Notes: a model not told the origin generated them from the sequence alone. Numbered from the stretch's first letter, positions 1 to 26,180 are shown. The stretch is DNA of 64,000 nucleotides from Antedon mediterranea (GCF_964355755.1 NC_092680.1:868001-932000); one strand, 5' to 3'. Program-made: numbers and translations.

Positions 1-990
1 TTGTAAGAATAGAAACATGAATGGTTACAATGTCCATTAAAGAAAAAGAAAGTATTTGGAATAAAAACAAAATAAACCCAAAATAAAACACCCAAAATTG
101 TTTTGCTGCCCAAGCCTGAGTGATTTTCTATAATCCTCTGTATTTAAAGTTTATTTTGGTCCAGTAGTAGTTTTTGCTTAATACGATTACATAAAATCAG
201 AAACAAAAATATCTGATGTGATGAACCTATTTTTCATGTGATGATTGATGTGTTTGGGAAGCATACACATTGTTTAAGGCCTAAAGATTGTCCAAAACCA
301 AACAAAAGTAAAGCTAATTACTTAGTACTACTGTACTGTAGTAACGAAGACAAAAAATGGTTGAAAGAAGATATGAAAAGGCAGATTGCCTGAAGAAAAA
401 CACAAATTGCAAAAAAAACAAACATGCATTAGATAAGTACAGTAAGATTAATTTGAGATTTCATGTGGTGTTTTCATGTTCCAATAATGTGCTGATAACC
501 CAGAATAAGATGGAGATGCATTGAATAATGATAATAGCTCCAAACTCAATTTCTACCTGAAGATATTCAAAGGACGATGGTACTATTGATGAAAATGGTA
601 TGTTTTTCTTTATGATGACGAGAAAGAAAAATATTTAAAAAAATAAATAAAACAAAATATAAATCATGCAAAAATGGGTAAAATAAATTAAAAATAGCAG
701 TTTCTAAAAACAAACAATTGTAATTGTGGCTATTAGAATATTATAAAACATAAAATTTACTTTAATATTTTTGATCAATGCAAATCTAAATGTACCAATA
801 TAAGTATAATTTTCATAATTGCAAATGGAGGCTTAATTGGATTCTATGCGTATTGATTTTTAGATATTTATGAATTTAATAACGATAATGTATCATCCTA
901 TTTATATATTCATTTCTTAAATGAATCCATTTTTAGGGTTAAAATAAAATTTTTAAAATATTTAAAAGAATTGTGTTAAAAGAAAGATAC

Positions 991-14315
<13,325 letters not shown>

Positions 14316-14979
14316 TATAGATATTTCTTAATTCAAAAACGATTAAATTCGCATGAAGTTACGTGTCCTGTTTCCGAAAAAAGATCGATTTTACAAAAAT
14401 TACAATAACCTCTCAGTCGGCGTTCTATGACCCGGAAGTTCACAGGTCAAAGTGTATACAGGCCTACAGTGTTGTTCAATTCGTGGTTCAATTATTTAAC
14501 ATTTTCACTTCTTGGCAGTCAAAAACAATAATATTACTTGTATACTACCTTTCTTCTTGTTTAAATAACATACAGCAATACATTTCAACATCACACTATT
14601 TAATAGCTATGATGAAAACATACATATTATTTACTTTTTACCTGTTTGTATAATGGAGTATTTTCTAGTCACATGACTAAAGTGGGCGTATTACACACGT
14701 TACGTACGGCCGGACGGTACACCCACAATTAAAAACTTTCGGATATTATTCACTTAAAAAAGTGAACACTATCTAAATTACAGAAGAGTAGGCTGCTGTC
14801 TATGGAACGCCATCACTGCGATGGCGTTCCATAGCTGCTAGGATGGTGGAAACATTGTTAATGCGAACTATAAAATTGAAATATAATGAAATAATAATTA
14901 GTTTCCAGGAGGACCATCCCTACCAAGTGCTAGCGAGAGTGAGGCATGCAATAATTCAACAGAATATTATAATAATACC

Positions 14980-16480
14980 AAAACAAAATTACAATATAAT
15001 CCCCTACGATAATTATGGTAATAAAATTTAACTGCTGTTGCGACTTCAAAGTTTTAGGTGGGGTTTTCTACTTAAAAAAAACTCGACTTCATTATGCCTA
15101 TACGGCCGCACATTTGGTCCAATTTCGAAGTTGGTCTGGCATCGGCATCTTTACAAATGCTATTTGATCTCATCAGTCCCCAATAACCACATTCAAGAAC
15201 GGAGACCAACTATGCATATTTATTCCGAGACGGACGTGCGCCAACTTATACCATAAACGTTTATTCATGACTATTACAATACAATATCTTTGCATGAAAC
15301 GGATTTCAAAATACAGTATATAATGTGGTACGGTAAAATATGATCTTCTATTGTAAAAGATTAACAAAATCAAATTTTAACATCTTCGCTACACTACCTG
15401 CACAAACTCATTTGCATAAAAACACACGGTATACCAAACTGTTTAAAATAGAGCTGCAAGGTCCCCGGAAATGACATCTATATTTGAAACAAAATATATG
15501 AGGGTCTTCAGTACCCCACCCCCATTAAAGAACGGAGAAAAACTATATATTTTGAAACATAATATTTATTCTGGGATCGGGACGGTCATATACAACCATA
15601 AACTTTTATTCATAACACAATACAATATCTTTACATGAAACGGATATTTCAAAATCCAGTAGGAGGCCTACCGTATGTGGTACGGTAAAATGATAATCTT
15701 CTATCAAAAATCAAAATTTAGCGGTGGGTGGCGTGTTGACTGCAAATGACTAACAATACCATCTTTCCCACTACAACTGCACTACCATTTGTATCAAACG
15801 GCATACCCAACCGTATCGTACACCACCTGCGATGCAATATAAAATTCAATTTCTTTTAAAATTGAGGGCGCCAAACATAGAATTTACGAGATCGAATACA
15901 GGTTGAACAAAATTTAAATAAAAAAAAAAGATATTAAATGTGCTCTCCCTGCCTCAGCACTAAGGCCCTACCACAGCCTTTTGGGGTCGTTTCCAGCACA
16001 TCACCAGATGCATTGATGTTGTCGTCTCATGATGTGTAGTGGAGGAAAGGGGGACGTATGATCTGTGAACCCCAAACACAGTGACTCGCATAGCCTTAAC
16101 TCTATTCCACCGACCAGCGTGGGAATCGAACCCACGACATACGTGTGTTAACACGACGCAGGCGACTGAGCTAACTGATCATTTTGGTTGAAGCAAGGTT
16201 AATTTGATATTTATGACGTAATGATTTTCGTAATACACGTATAAATAGACTAGAGATTATCAGCTGTTAAGACATGTACGTCGTGGCGACGGTTGATGCT
16301 CAGGTTTGAGTGCTCTCAGCTCTGGATTGGGCCCTGTTCAAACCTCTACGGATACATTTTTTTTTAATGAAAAATTAATATTTTTTCTTTTATTTTGAAA
16401 AAGATATTTTGAGGGTTGTAAGGCCTTAACCAGTGGACCTTTTTTTAAAATCAGAAACAAAGTTGTATGGCATTCATTCA
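14980..16480. repeat. Composite repeat, present in inverted orientation at about 29000-30990; contains tRNA-derived units
   Basis: Multiple reverse-complement matches, e.g. 15100-15320 with 30700-30910 and 29005-29220; 15850-16470 with 29920-30545. Confidence 0.8.
15940..16180 (-). mobile_element. tRNA(Ile)-like SINE (head at about 16110-16180)
   Basis: Reverse complement gatcagttagctcagtcgcctgcgtcgtgttaacacacg...gtgggttcgattcccacgctggtcg; A and B boxes; second copy at 30227. Confidence 0.7.
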
Positions 16481-17094
16481 GTCTCCTGAGGTAACCGGCC
16501 ATCTTGCTAACAAGGTTAATATGCATATTTATGACGTAATGTGAAGCACGTACTACTGTCAGCTGTTCATCAGTCATACGTGACGTAACGGCCGCCATTG
16601 CCTTGTTTCGCCTCTGAATTAATAATTTATTTTATTTCAAAATCACTTCTAAAACTTAACACACATATACATAACTCCGATACACAAAATGGTGTTAAAT
16701 ATATAAATAATCTTGTCACGGTAAATCCATGCGTCTAATTTTTATTTCCTCAAAGGAAATAAAACTATTCGATAATAAAATTTATATACAGCATTACATT
16801 ATTGTTTTACTGACTTGTCTAGACCTGTGCAAATAATTTATTAATTGTTCGATTGTAATTTATTTGTAAATTGTAGGCTTATTACCTTTATGATAAAAAT
16901 ATTTTACTAATTTTGTGGTTGATTGGATTTTCCTGGATAGGTGTAAAAAATAATTAACATATTAATTAGAATATTAATATTATTTCTTTCTATTTTATTT
17001 GAAATATCGAAATTTCAAATACGTAGTGATAGTTTATTAATTTTAAGTTTTGGTATTCATGTTTTGGTGTGTGCCGCCATCATCGGTAAAAGTA

Positions 17095-17120
17095 TCACGT
17101 GATATGTTTCATCACATGAC
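17095..17120 (+). promoter_or_regulatory. CLEAR-like E-box (TCACGTGA) plus M-box-like TCACATGAC just upstream of the PPT1 ATG
   Basis: gtaTCACGTGAtatgtttcaTCACATGAC, about 40-60 nt before the start codon of a lysosomal enzyme. Confidence 0.5.
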
Positions 17121-17157
17121 AGCACAGAAACGCAAAAAGTGTACAACGAACAACAAC

Positions 17158-20100
17158 ATGATGGAGTTGCAAAAGGGAATTCTGTTTTTGTGTCTGTTTT
17201 ACGTGTCCATTTGTGGATCTGTAAAGGTTTTTAAGACAACAGATAATGCAACATTACCTCTAGTAATGTGGCATGGGATGGGTTAGTGTCTCACGAGTGA
17301 TATTATATTATTATTCCCAGCTAGGCCTATAGGGCCTAGCCAGGCTATAGTAGATAGCTGCTGCAGTCGGTCGTTGCTGCGCTGCTACATGATGCAGTCC
17401 AATGTTGAATGTAGTGAGTGGCGTTAACGTCTAGGTCCGCCCTATTTATTTTATAATTACGAGGCCCAGAGGCGCGCATAGCCTAGCCATAATATAATAC
17501 TTGGTCAGGTGTTTACATATTAGTTTGAAGTATTTTTTTTAATATTTAATAATTATAATGCCGTGCATAAATAAGCAAACACATGTAGACCTAGCTGGTG
17601 TAATTTTTGTTTGGAAAAAATGATTTTTTTTAATATTTAGGTGATAGTTGCTGCAACCCGCTAAGTCTTGGTAATATTCAAAAGATGATAGAGAAAGAAG
17701 TTCCTGGTATTTATGTTCATTCATTGAGAATAGGAAACAACATTGAAGAGGTTTGTGTCAATTTCAGCAACAAAAAAAAGTCAATTGACATGAATTTTTC
17801 ATTTTATTCTAAAGCTCTGTCTACACAAACTAGTTTGACAAAAAAAGTGTGGGTAATGATGACATCATCATGTCCATATGGGCACAACACATTTGTTGTC
17901 ACATAATGTAGGATCGTGTAGACAGAGCTTTAGTCTACAAACTTTTTTTATTAATTAATATTCAAAAAAAGTTTGTTGTCTTTGAGTAGCACATTGATAT
18001 ACTATAGTTCAATGTGCTTCACTTGCACATTCACACCAGTCTTAAGTCTGTATTTAAACAAATGTGTTTTCTACTTTAGGATACTCTAAACGGCTTTTTG
18101 ATGAACAGCAATGATCAGATTGATATGGCTTGTAATTTGATTGCTAAGGACCCAAAATTGGCAAATGGTTACAATTCCATTGGATTTTCCCAAGGTGGTC
18201 AGTTCTTGTAAGTCAGGGGTGAACCCATGATGTTGTGAATGGTCATTGAGGTGGACTGGTCATCTCTCAGTGAGAGATCCGGATTTAAAATAGGGGTCCC
18301 AATGCTTAAGAATGATAAAATAGTACTGTCTTTTCCATTATAAAGTTACCTCAATTATCCGCCTATGCGTTTTGTTCTTTCTTTCAAAATGCTGCATTTT
18401 AAGGTTACCGTAATCATGAATCAGAAAGTGATCAAAGTTCAAAATATTTTGCTGTAGAGAACCTAATCCAAGTTTCCAGTTAAGCTTATTAAAGATGATA
18501 ATAAATAGCATACTTTTAATGTATGAAATATTACAATTTTGACAGACGTGCTGTAGCACAGAAGTGTCCCAAGCCACCAATGAAGAACCTTATATCAGTT
18601 GGAGGCCAACACCAAGGTAAATAAACACTTCATCAAATAATATACAGTTTTAGAATAAAGATTTGAAGAATTTCAGGATTTTGTACAATAAACTATTTCT
18701 CCTAAAACAAGTAATATACATAATAAATATAAACTTGAGAGGCATAGAGAAAATTTAAACTGCTAAGTTATATCCTGGTAATTAATTAAACAAAAGCCTT
18801 TAGTGCATGAAGCTTTGAGAACTGTTTAATATAGATACTATTATTTAGTGTGTTCTTTTGTACAGGTGTTTATGGCTTCCCGAGATGCCCAGGTGATAAT
18901 GTCACAATCTGTAATTATGTCCGTGAACTACTTAATTTTGGAGCATATATTGAGTAAGTGGTATAGCCTTGATGATTTTTACATTACTACTGAATAGTAT
19001 CTGGTTTTAATATCAAGTCAAGTAGTGATACCTAAATAAATAAAATACACAAAAAAACTATTTCCACACAAACACAGCTCATGTTAATTGCTGGGTAATG
19101 ACAATTGTTGAGATATGCATAATTTTCATTAGCATTAAACACTTTTTAATTTGTTTAAGTGTATAGTATTTTAGTGTTTAGTTGTTTAGGTCAATTTATA
19201 CTCACGTATCATGTTTTTATTTTCAGATTTGTACAAGATCAGTAAGTTTCATATTTGTTTTTGTAGGAGTCTAAACTCTATACACTTTTGAAAATTATTA
19301 ATAGTGTTGGAAAACAACGACCCATCACTTGACATCACCTAGCTTGGTCGTAAATCTAAAGCTCCCTCTATCATACCTAAATTAACGGCTATTTCCAAAA
19401 CTATATGATAATAATAGTTTATTCTTATATAGCGCATATAAGCAAGCTCTCAATGCGCTGTACATAAAATAAAATAGACGAGAATTGGCAATAATTTAAA
19501 TTAATGAAAACTTGTTTGAAAAGGAAAGGCTTCAACTGGGTCTTGAAAGAGTTTAGAGTAGCACACTGTCTGATTGAAATTGGTAGGGAATTCCACAGAG
19601 TGGGAGCTGCCACATCTTTTATAATTGTGTATTTTTGCTTTCAAATATTAATACTATGATTCATTTTGTATAGCATTGTTCAGGCACAATACTGGCATGA
19701 TCCTCTCGAAGAGGCTGAGTACAAGAAAAAGAGTGTATTCCTTGCAGACCTTAACCAGGAGAATGTAAGTTAGTTGTTTTTATATAACACCTAAATATTA
19801 TTTAAATTCCTATCATTCTTATCATCATGGCGTGCAATAGTACATACTATTTAATGGTCGTTAGTTGTTTTCATCATACAACAGCCTTTTTCTCACTTAC
19901 ATTCCAACAATGAATTATATTCATACTGGAATTGTTTTCAGCATATATCCATTAAACTGTCTGCTGGTGAAATGTAACTGAATACCATATACCGACAAAA
20001 CACTGCCTTAGGCCAGTCAAATGTTGTTTATGGTATTGTTATTTGCCGTTTAACTTGATTGGTTTTTGTAATTTTTACTGTGGTAGGTTGTTAATGAAAC

Positions 20101-20909
20101 ATACAAGACTAACTTTATGCGTCTCAGTAAGTTTGTTATGGTTATGTTTTCTGATGATCATATGGTTGAACCAAAGGAGAGTGAGGTATGTATATCAAAT
20201 ATAATATTTATTACATATCATAAAGGCTTTTCCACATTCAGATTTCTCCTCATCTTAACTGCTTGATCCAGTATATCACTGGGCTTAGAGTTTCTCTATC
20301 TATTTACCTATCTATCAAAAAAATATATGTTATACAGTATTATAATTATTATATACATTTTTGTAGTGGTTTGGATTCTACAAGCCTGGTACAACTGAAG
20401 AACTGTACAAGCTTCAAGAAAGTCCATTGTACACTATGGTAAAGCATGTTTTCTAAGCTCTGTCTACACTATCAAAGTTATGTGACAAAATTATTTGGGC
20501 ACATCACACTTTTTTGTCAAATTAATTTAATTTAATTGTGTAGACAGCTTATAAGAAAATTATTGTGTTTTTTACTTCTTTTTTTTTTACTAAAAATTGT
20601 TTTTTGTTCAAACGATTTATATATCATTAGTATAAATATAATTATTTGGGTGTTTTTTTTCAGTTTAAATATCTTTTCGAACCATTTATTTAAATCATAA
20701 ATTGAAAATGTATTCACAATTTTAGACTTAAAAATATGACATAATAACGTAATTCTATTCCAATTCAATGTTTTTTGGCAATGTAGGACAAACTAGGCTT
20801 GAAGGCAATGGATGCTGCTAACAAACTGGTGTTCCTGACATCACCAACTGATCACCTGCAGTTCACTGAACAATGGTTTATTGAAAACCTTATTCCATAC
20901 ATTAAATAG
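17158..20909 (+). CDS. PPT1: Palmitoyl-protein thioesterase 1 (lysosomal), 10 coding exons
   Basis: Exons 17158-17281, 17641-17750, 18080-18207, 18546-18616, 18866-18953, 19227-19241, 19674-19764, 20087-20185, 20367-20438, 20787-20909. Signal peptide, [24 protein letters not shown] (nucleophile Ser), [26 protein letters not shown] (catalytic His). Confidence 0.96.
17813..17929. mobile_element. MITE family A copy in PPT1 intron 2
   Basis: Both TIRs present. Confidence 0.8.
19405..19613 (-). mobile_element. 3' end fragment of an L2/CR1-group LINE
   Basis: [27 protein letters not shown] (typical ORF2 C-terminus), followed by a gcgc..gcgc stem-loop, AATAAA and a (TAT)n tail. Confidence 0.75.
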
Positions 20910-21750
20910 GCGCCACATGACATAATGTACCAAAATTATGTAAGTCAAAATATCATTTTTGTTTTTTTATTACAATTTGCAGTTGAAAATACATACATGG
21001 TTATTATTTTTCTTTTTAAATTGTGTTGTCAATAGTTTTTACTTCATTTTTATCAAACAAACAAACAATAAAATAATAAACAAAATCATTTTCTTTTTCA
21101 GAATTGATTATGAGGCGAACAGAATTTGAAAAACAAGCTACTTGTGTTATAATTTAGTTATAATTTGTATTTAAAATAAATATTTGATCTTTTGAAGATT
21201 TGGGAAATAAATTGTAAATTATATTTTTGTTAATGAGTTGTGTACACAGAATAAGAATTTAGAAAACTATCGGGTTGACACCCCAGAAATTCAGTTACAG
21301 TATTAACATTGTTATAATGTGTTTAGAAATGCATTAGAATAGCTAAATGAATGAACAAGCTAAATAGCAATAAACAATAGAGAAAAATGCATGTAAACAT
21401 AGCTTACGTAGTATAAAAATCAGGGTACTGTAATAGTTGAAGGGTAGATTATCTGTATAGGATATCGCACTGACATTTTATACAGTTAAAAAATAATCAT
21501 AAAACTAAATTATGGGTATTGTTTTAACAGCATAAAAATAGTTTGTTAAAATAACAATTGAAATAATTAATTTTTAAAAATACAAAAAAAAAATAAATGA
21601 ATCATGGGTTTAATAAGAATTTTTTTTAAATGGTGTAAATGATTTTTGGATGTAAATAATAGACCTATTAGATATAGGCTATTCAATGTGAAATATTGTT
21701 TTGATAGAAATTTTGAAAAATAAACACAATGAGTATCAAATTTACTGTAT

Positions 21751-21789
21751 GTTTTTTCATGGGAGTAATTCTTTACTCCATGGTTTTTC
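21751..21789. mobile_element. 25-bp degenerate palindrome between near-identical 7-bp repeats; putative excision footprint
   Basis: gtttttt-catgggagtaattctttactccatg-gtttttc; same arm sequence as the 13765 copy. Confidence 0.6.
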
Positions 21790-22470
21790 ACGCTGCTGCT
21801 CTAGCCCGCTACGTCCCATTAGGACTACTCAATCAGAAGCTAAAGCAAGCAGCAGTTATAGTTCTAAGGACAGACAGTTTTGTGAAAATGGAAACTCCAC
21901 TATGATTAATTATTGATTCCAGCTGCTACAGTAGACCCAAAAAACGGCTGGGAAAGAGTCTATTAGGACATGTCACGCTAAAATTACAAATCCCTATATT
22001 CACTGTCAGTGTCAGATATTCATTGAATTATTATCGAAACAGTCCATTAAAGTTGGTGTTTGTAATAGGATACTTCACAATTGAAATATCTAGGGTGATG
22101 AAGTGACCCCCAGATTTGACCTTAGCAATAAAATTAACTAAAGTGACAGAAATTGAGTATTCACTTCTGTAACAAAAAATTAATATTTATTCACATATAA
22201 AAAATGAAAAGAAACCCAAAAACCATTGTCTGACAGACAATTTAAGTATTTGTTGCTTTAAATTACATTTTTTCCGGTAAAATAACTATCTATTATGTGA
22301 CAATAAAATGACACATTCAAAAACATTTGAAATAAAAAATATTTTTCAATAAGCGAGCAGCGTTTTTTGTAAGAAATATTTCTTGTTTAATATTTATTTT
22401 TGCAGTCTTTGGAAGATATAGTAAACAAAATATAAATTTAACATGTATAACATTCTCAAAATTAATACAT

Positions 22471-22537
22471 GTTAGATTTACTCCATGGTTAGATCATAGA
22501 GATATTATAGTGAACTATAATATCTCTATGGTTAGAT
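22471..22537. mobile_element. Double footprint: three GTTAGAT copies separated by a half arm and a perfect 17+2+17 palindrome
   Basis: gttagat-ttactccatg-gttagat-catagagatattatagt-ga-actataatatctctatg-gttagat. Confidence 0.8.
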
Positions 22538-23098
22538 ATATACGTATTTTAAGCGGATATTGAATATTTGAAGAGATAGGAACGTCCTTCAAAACAGCTT
22601 ATGAATATTCATATCCCGTAATTGACTACGTAGTGTATACCGTATTGGTAAGTGGAACATGGCAATCTTATCTACAATACCACGTCTGTAAGAGAGTCTA
22701 CTGGGATATAAGAACTCCTTCTCAATGTGTGATAAAATAATTATTCCCTTTTACTGAGTTCGTATAAATAGAACAATTCTGTTATTCCACCTACGATTTA
22801 TTGTAAATTAAAGTTAACGAATCTTATCTCAGTAGAATTTCATACAGACAGACAGAGTGACAGACGTATTGTGTTTGAAAAGTCGAACGTACTCGACTTA
22901 CCAATATGGTAGATTTAATATGCCCGATAGACCATTAATACGCTTAAGCTGATATGCGATCTTAAGTGGTTTGAGTTGAGCGAGAATGAGTGAGTTGGCT
23001 TCGCTCGTTGATTTCATTCTGTGCGTAGCTGTACGACGACTCCTGGGCCTAGAGTTTGGTAAACTGGGTATAGCAAACCCAGAGTAGGCACCCACAAA

Positions 23099-24170
23099 AT
23101 GTACAGGAGGCACAGGAGAAGTCAAAATTTCTCTCGAAATGAAATTACAGCACTTATTGACGGAGTCAACAAAAGAATATCAGTAATAAATGCCAGACAA
23201 AAGAACGGATGTAGGCCAACTACACTTACAGGAACAACAGCAACATACCCGATGAGACTTATCAAGAGACGAGCCTGGGAGGAGATTGCGGCAGATGTGT
23301 CTGCTGCCGGTGGTATGGACAGAAGTGTCGATGAAATCAAGAAAAAATGGGCCAACATTAGATTGATTAGTCAAAAAAGAGGTGAAGGAAATATAAAGTC
23401 AACTGCACGTTTTAGGCCTGGGTCTGAGCCTGCCTTAGATAATGAATGTCAACAAATGATATTGAACACGCTATGTCGTGCTGCCGATGAGGACACAACA
23501 GGTGACAATCTTGGTTGCGACACTAGACAACAAGGTGACCAAGACGAAGCTGGTCCAGAAGAAGCTAATGCCACTCACACAAACACTACACATATTAAAG
23601 CAGAACTTTCTGACGAAACTGTACCTCCTTCTAATGAAATTGAAGGTAAGAATTAGGATAATTTTATAACAAATTGAGGTTTGAGAAACTGTCAATTAAA
23701 TGATAATAATTTATTGATAATCAAGCTCTTTTCATTTTAATTTAGACCTAGGCCCTAATCAGTCATGAATCAATCAATTTCTTTTATTTCAAAAATAGTT
23801 CATCCATCAACAAACAGAAAAAGAAAATTTGCAGACTCCAAGCTTAAATATAGGATACTTCTCCATCTACAATACATTTTTCTAACATGATTTCTTTTTT
23901 ATTCAATACATTTTGACAGAAAGAACCAGTGAACCACCAGTAGGCCTATATTGCACAAGTGTTGGTGAGCTACAATGGGAACCAGAACCACACGGAAGTG
24001 AAGCGGATACCTTTGAACAAGAGACTCCGAAGACATTCAAAGTAGAATTGATCAGCATTTTAAAAAAGCTTGTTTATGTTGAAGAGGAAAGATGCAATAT
24101 TGAAAAACAGAGATTGGAAATAGAAAGGCAACGATTAGACATGGAGAGAAGTCGACAGAATGAAGTGTAA
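23099..24170 (+). CDS. Myb/SANT-like DNA-binding domain protein (MSANTD/NAIF1-like) with a C-terminal coiled coil
   Basis: Exons 23099-23645 and 23920-24170 splice in frame. RSQNFSRNEITALI...KRRAWEEIAADVSA...RSVDEIKKKWANI is a Myb/SANT trihelix; C-terminal EEERCNIEKQRLEIERQRLDMER. Confidence 0.85.
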
Positions 24171-24193
24171 TGAAAACAATTGATTCTTTATAA

Positions 24194-24354
24194 AGCTCTG
24201 TCTACAATATCAAACTAGTTTGACCAAAAAAGTGTGATGTGCCCAAATGTGGTAGTGATATGCCCAAACATGGTAGTGATATGACATCATCATGTCCATA
24301 TATGAGCACATCACATTTTTATGTCGCATAAAGGTTGATAGTGTAGACAAGGCT
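24194..24354. mobile_element. MITE family A copy immediately after the MSANTD stop codon (3' UTR)
   Basis: Both TIRs present. Confidence 0.8.
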
Positions 24355-25775
24355 TTAGATAGAATGTCATATAACATTATTCCCTGTTTGTGTTATAAAC
24401 ACCAAAATAAAATGAACACTAATATTTAAGACCTTTCTTTGTAGTTTAAAACATACCAATTAGGCCTACACTACATACAAAACATAAGGAGTAGCCATGA
24501 CTTAAAAGTGAACCTAATTACTATATAGTATTTTATGAACCATCTTGATACTGTTAGTTAATTTATTACTTAATTCTTTGTTTTTACTTTTACACCTTAC
24601 AGAAAGAAATGACAGTGTATATAAGCCTTGATTTGCTTGAATGTAAAGAACATACTGGGATCATTGAACAAATACAATGCCTGTTTCTGATGGAACATGA
24701 GTGTCACATCTGGCTAATTTGAGTGAAAGTTGTTACATTTTATGCGTTGTAGAAATAATTGTCTCTATATTATATATATTATTATATTATTTGTAAGATT
24801 GTGTTAGTAGGTCTACAGTACTGTATATTGTTTTAATAATAGATAGGTCTACCATATTCACATTAAAATAAAATATAAAATAAAATAAAGATCCTAGTAT
24901 TATGATGCACTGTAAAATTGTATTCTGATGTTCCTGAACCGTACACAATTTTATATGCAGAACGTATGTTGAGTCTGATTATATTGCGTGCATTATCTAA
25001 AAATATACAGCGCATGTGCATTTTCGATTTGAAAGTTTACCGATGATGATGCAAACTTATGAATTTGAAAAAAAAAATGAAGAAATATTCCAACTATCGC
25101 AAAGCGCTGTTAAGAATGAGAAAATGAGAGGGAAAAAGTCGACCGGAATTTGTCGGACTTTGACCTCCGGTATCCTACAAACATTCATTCTTTTATTGAC
25201 TTTTCATTCATCGTACAATACATCCCACCGATTTTAACACTATCCGTTGTATGTTCTGATTACCAGATGTCGTAAGTTAGTGGGTAGCTCCCAACATGGA
25301 TGGAGCAATGGACCATAGACTGTTTCATTCTTACAAATAGTTTTATTTAATACAGTATTATAAAAGTCGTATCAAATCATCATTTTTAGCAACTTAATTA
25401 AGATACATATAGATGATTTTATATGATCCTTATTGCGCAATCTGTTTATGATTGCCTATTTTTTATAATAAAACCTGTATGAAATAAAATGTAAAGTGTT
25501 TTATTATAATGTAAATATGTGCGTTTTGTACCGGTAAAAAGGAACAACAATAAAAGTAGTGATGGTTGCGGGTTTGTTAATTTCACAAAGAAATTATGCT
25601 ACTGGAGTAAAACTAATATTGAATCGCAAATTAATACCAGCAAAAGTGGAATTAACGACATAATTTCTCTCTGTACAGTCATCTGTTATACATCAAGCCC
25701 ACGAAGTAGACGCCTTTATACCAGAGACTGAAAATATTAACAATTTTGTCGTAAACTGTACTAAGATTTGGTAAG

Positions 25776-26180
25776 ATGTCGGATACTGGAAAATTAGCAT
25801 ACTGCGGCACCTGGAGGTTTGAACGTAGCGTAAACTATGATGAATTTGTAAACGAAATGTACATCGGTGTGGACGGAAGCTGTCCGAAAAAAATGACCAC
25901 ACCCTCTGCTTGGTTACGAGTGAGTAAAGAAGAAAATAGCGATACTTTCACTATCGTATCGGAACATTCAACTCGGACGTTTACGTTAGGAGAAGCACAA
26001 TATGACGACATCCACTGGGTTCCAACGGACAGGACGGTTAGATGGGAAAACGGGAAGATGATCGGAAGCGGGAAATGGACAACTGTAGCTGTGATTGAAA
26101 ACGGTGGCAAAATCTGGCATTCCAACTACACTACAGCTAGTGGGATTTCAACCGATGTGTATTATACCTTAGAAGAATAA
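25776..26180 (+). CDS. Divergent fatty-acid-binding protein / calycin-like protein, 134 aa, uninterrupted ORF
   Basis: N-terminal GTWRFERSVNYDEF matches the FABP GxW..SxNFDEF signature; FTI..., TFTLGE and VRWENGKM strands and the length fit the iLBP family. Confidence 0.75.
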   Translation: MSDTGKLAYCGTWRFERSVNYDEFVNEMYIGVDGSCPKKMTTPSAWLRVSKEENSDTFTIVSEHSTRTFTLGEAQYDDIHWVPTDRTVRWENGKMIGSGKWTTVAVIENGGKIWHSNYTTASGISTDVYYTLEE

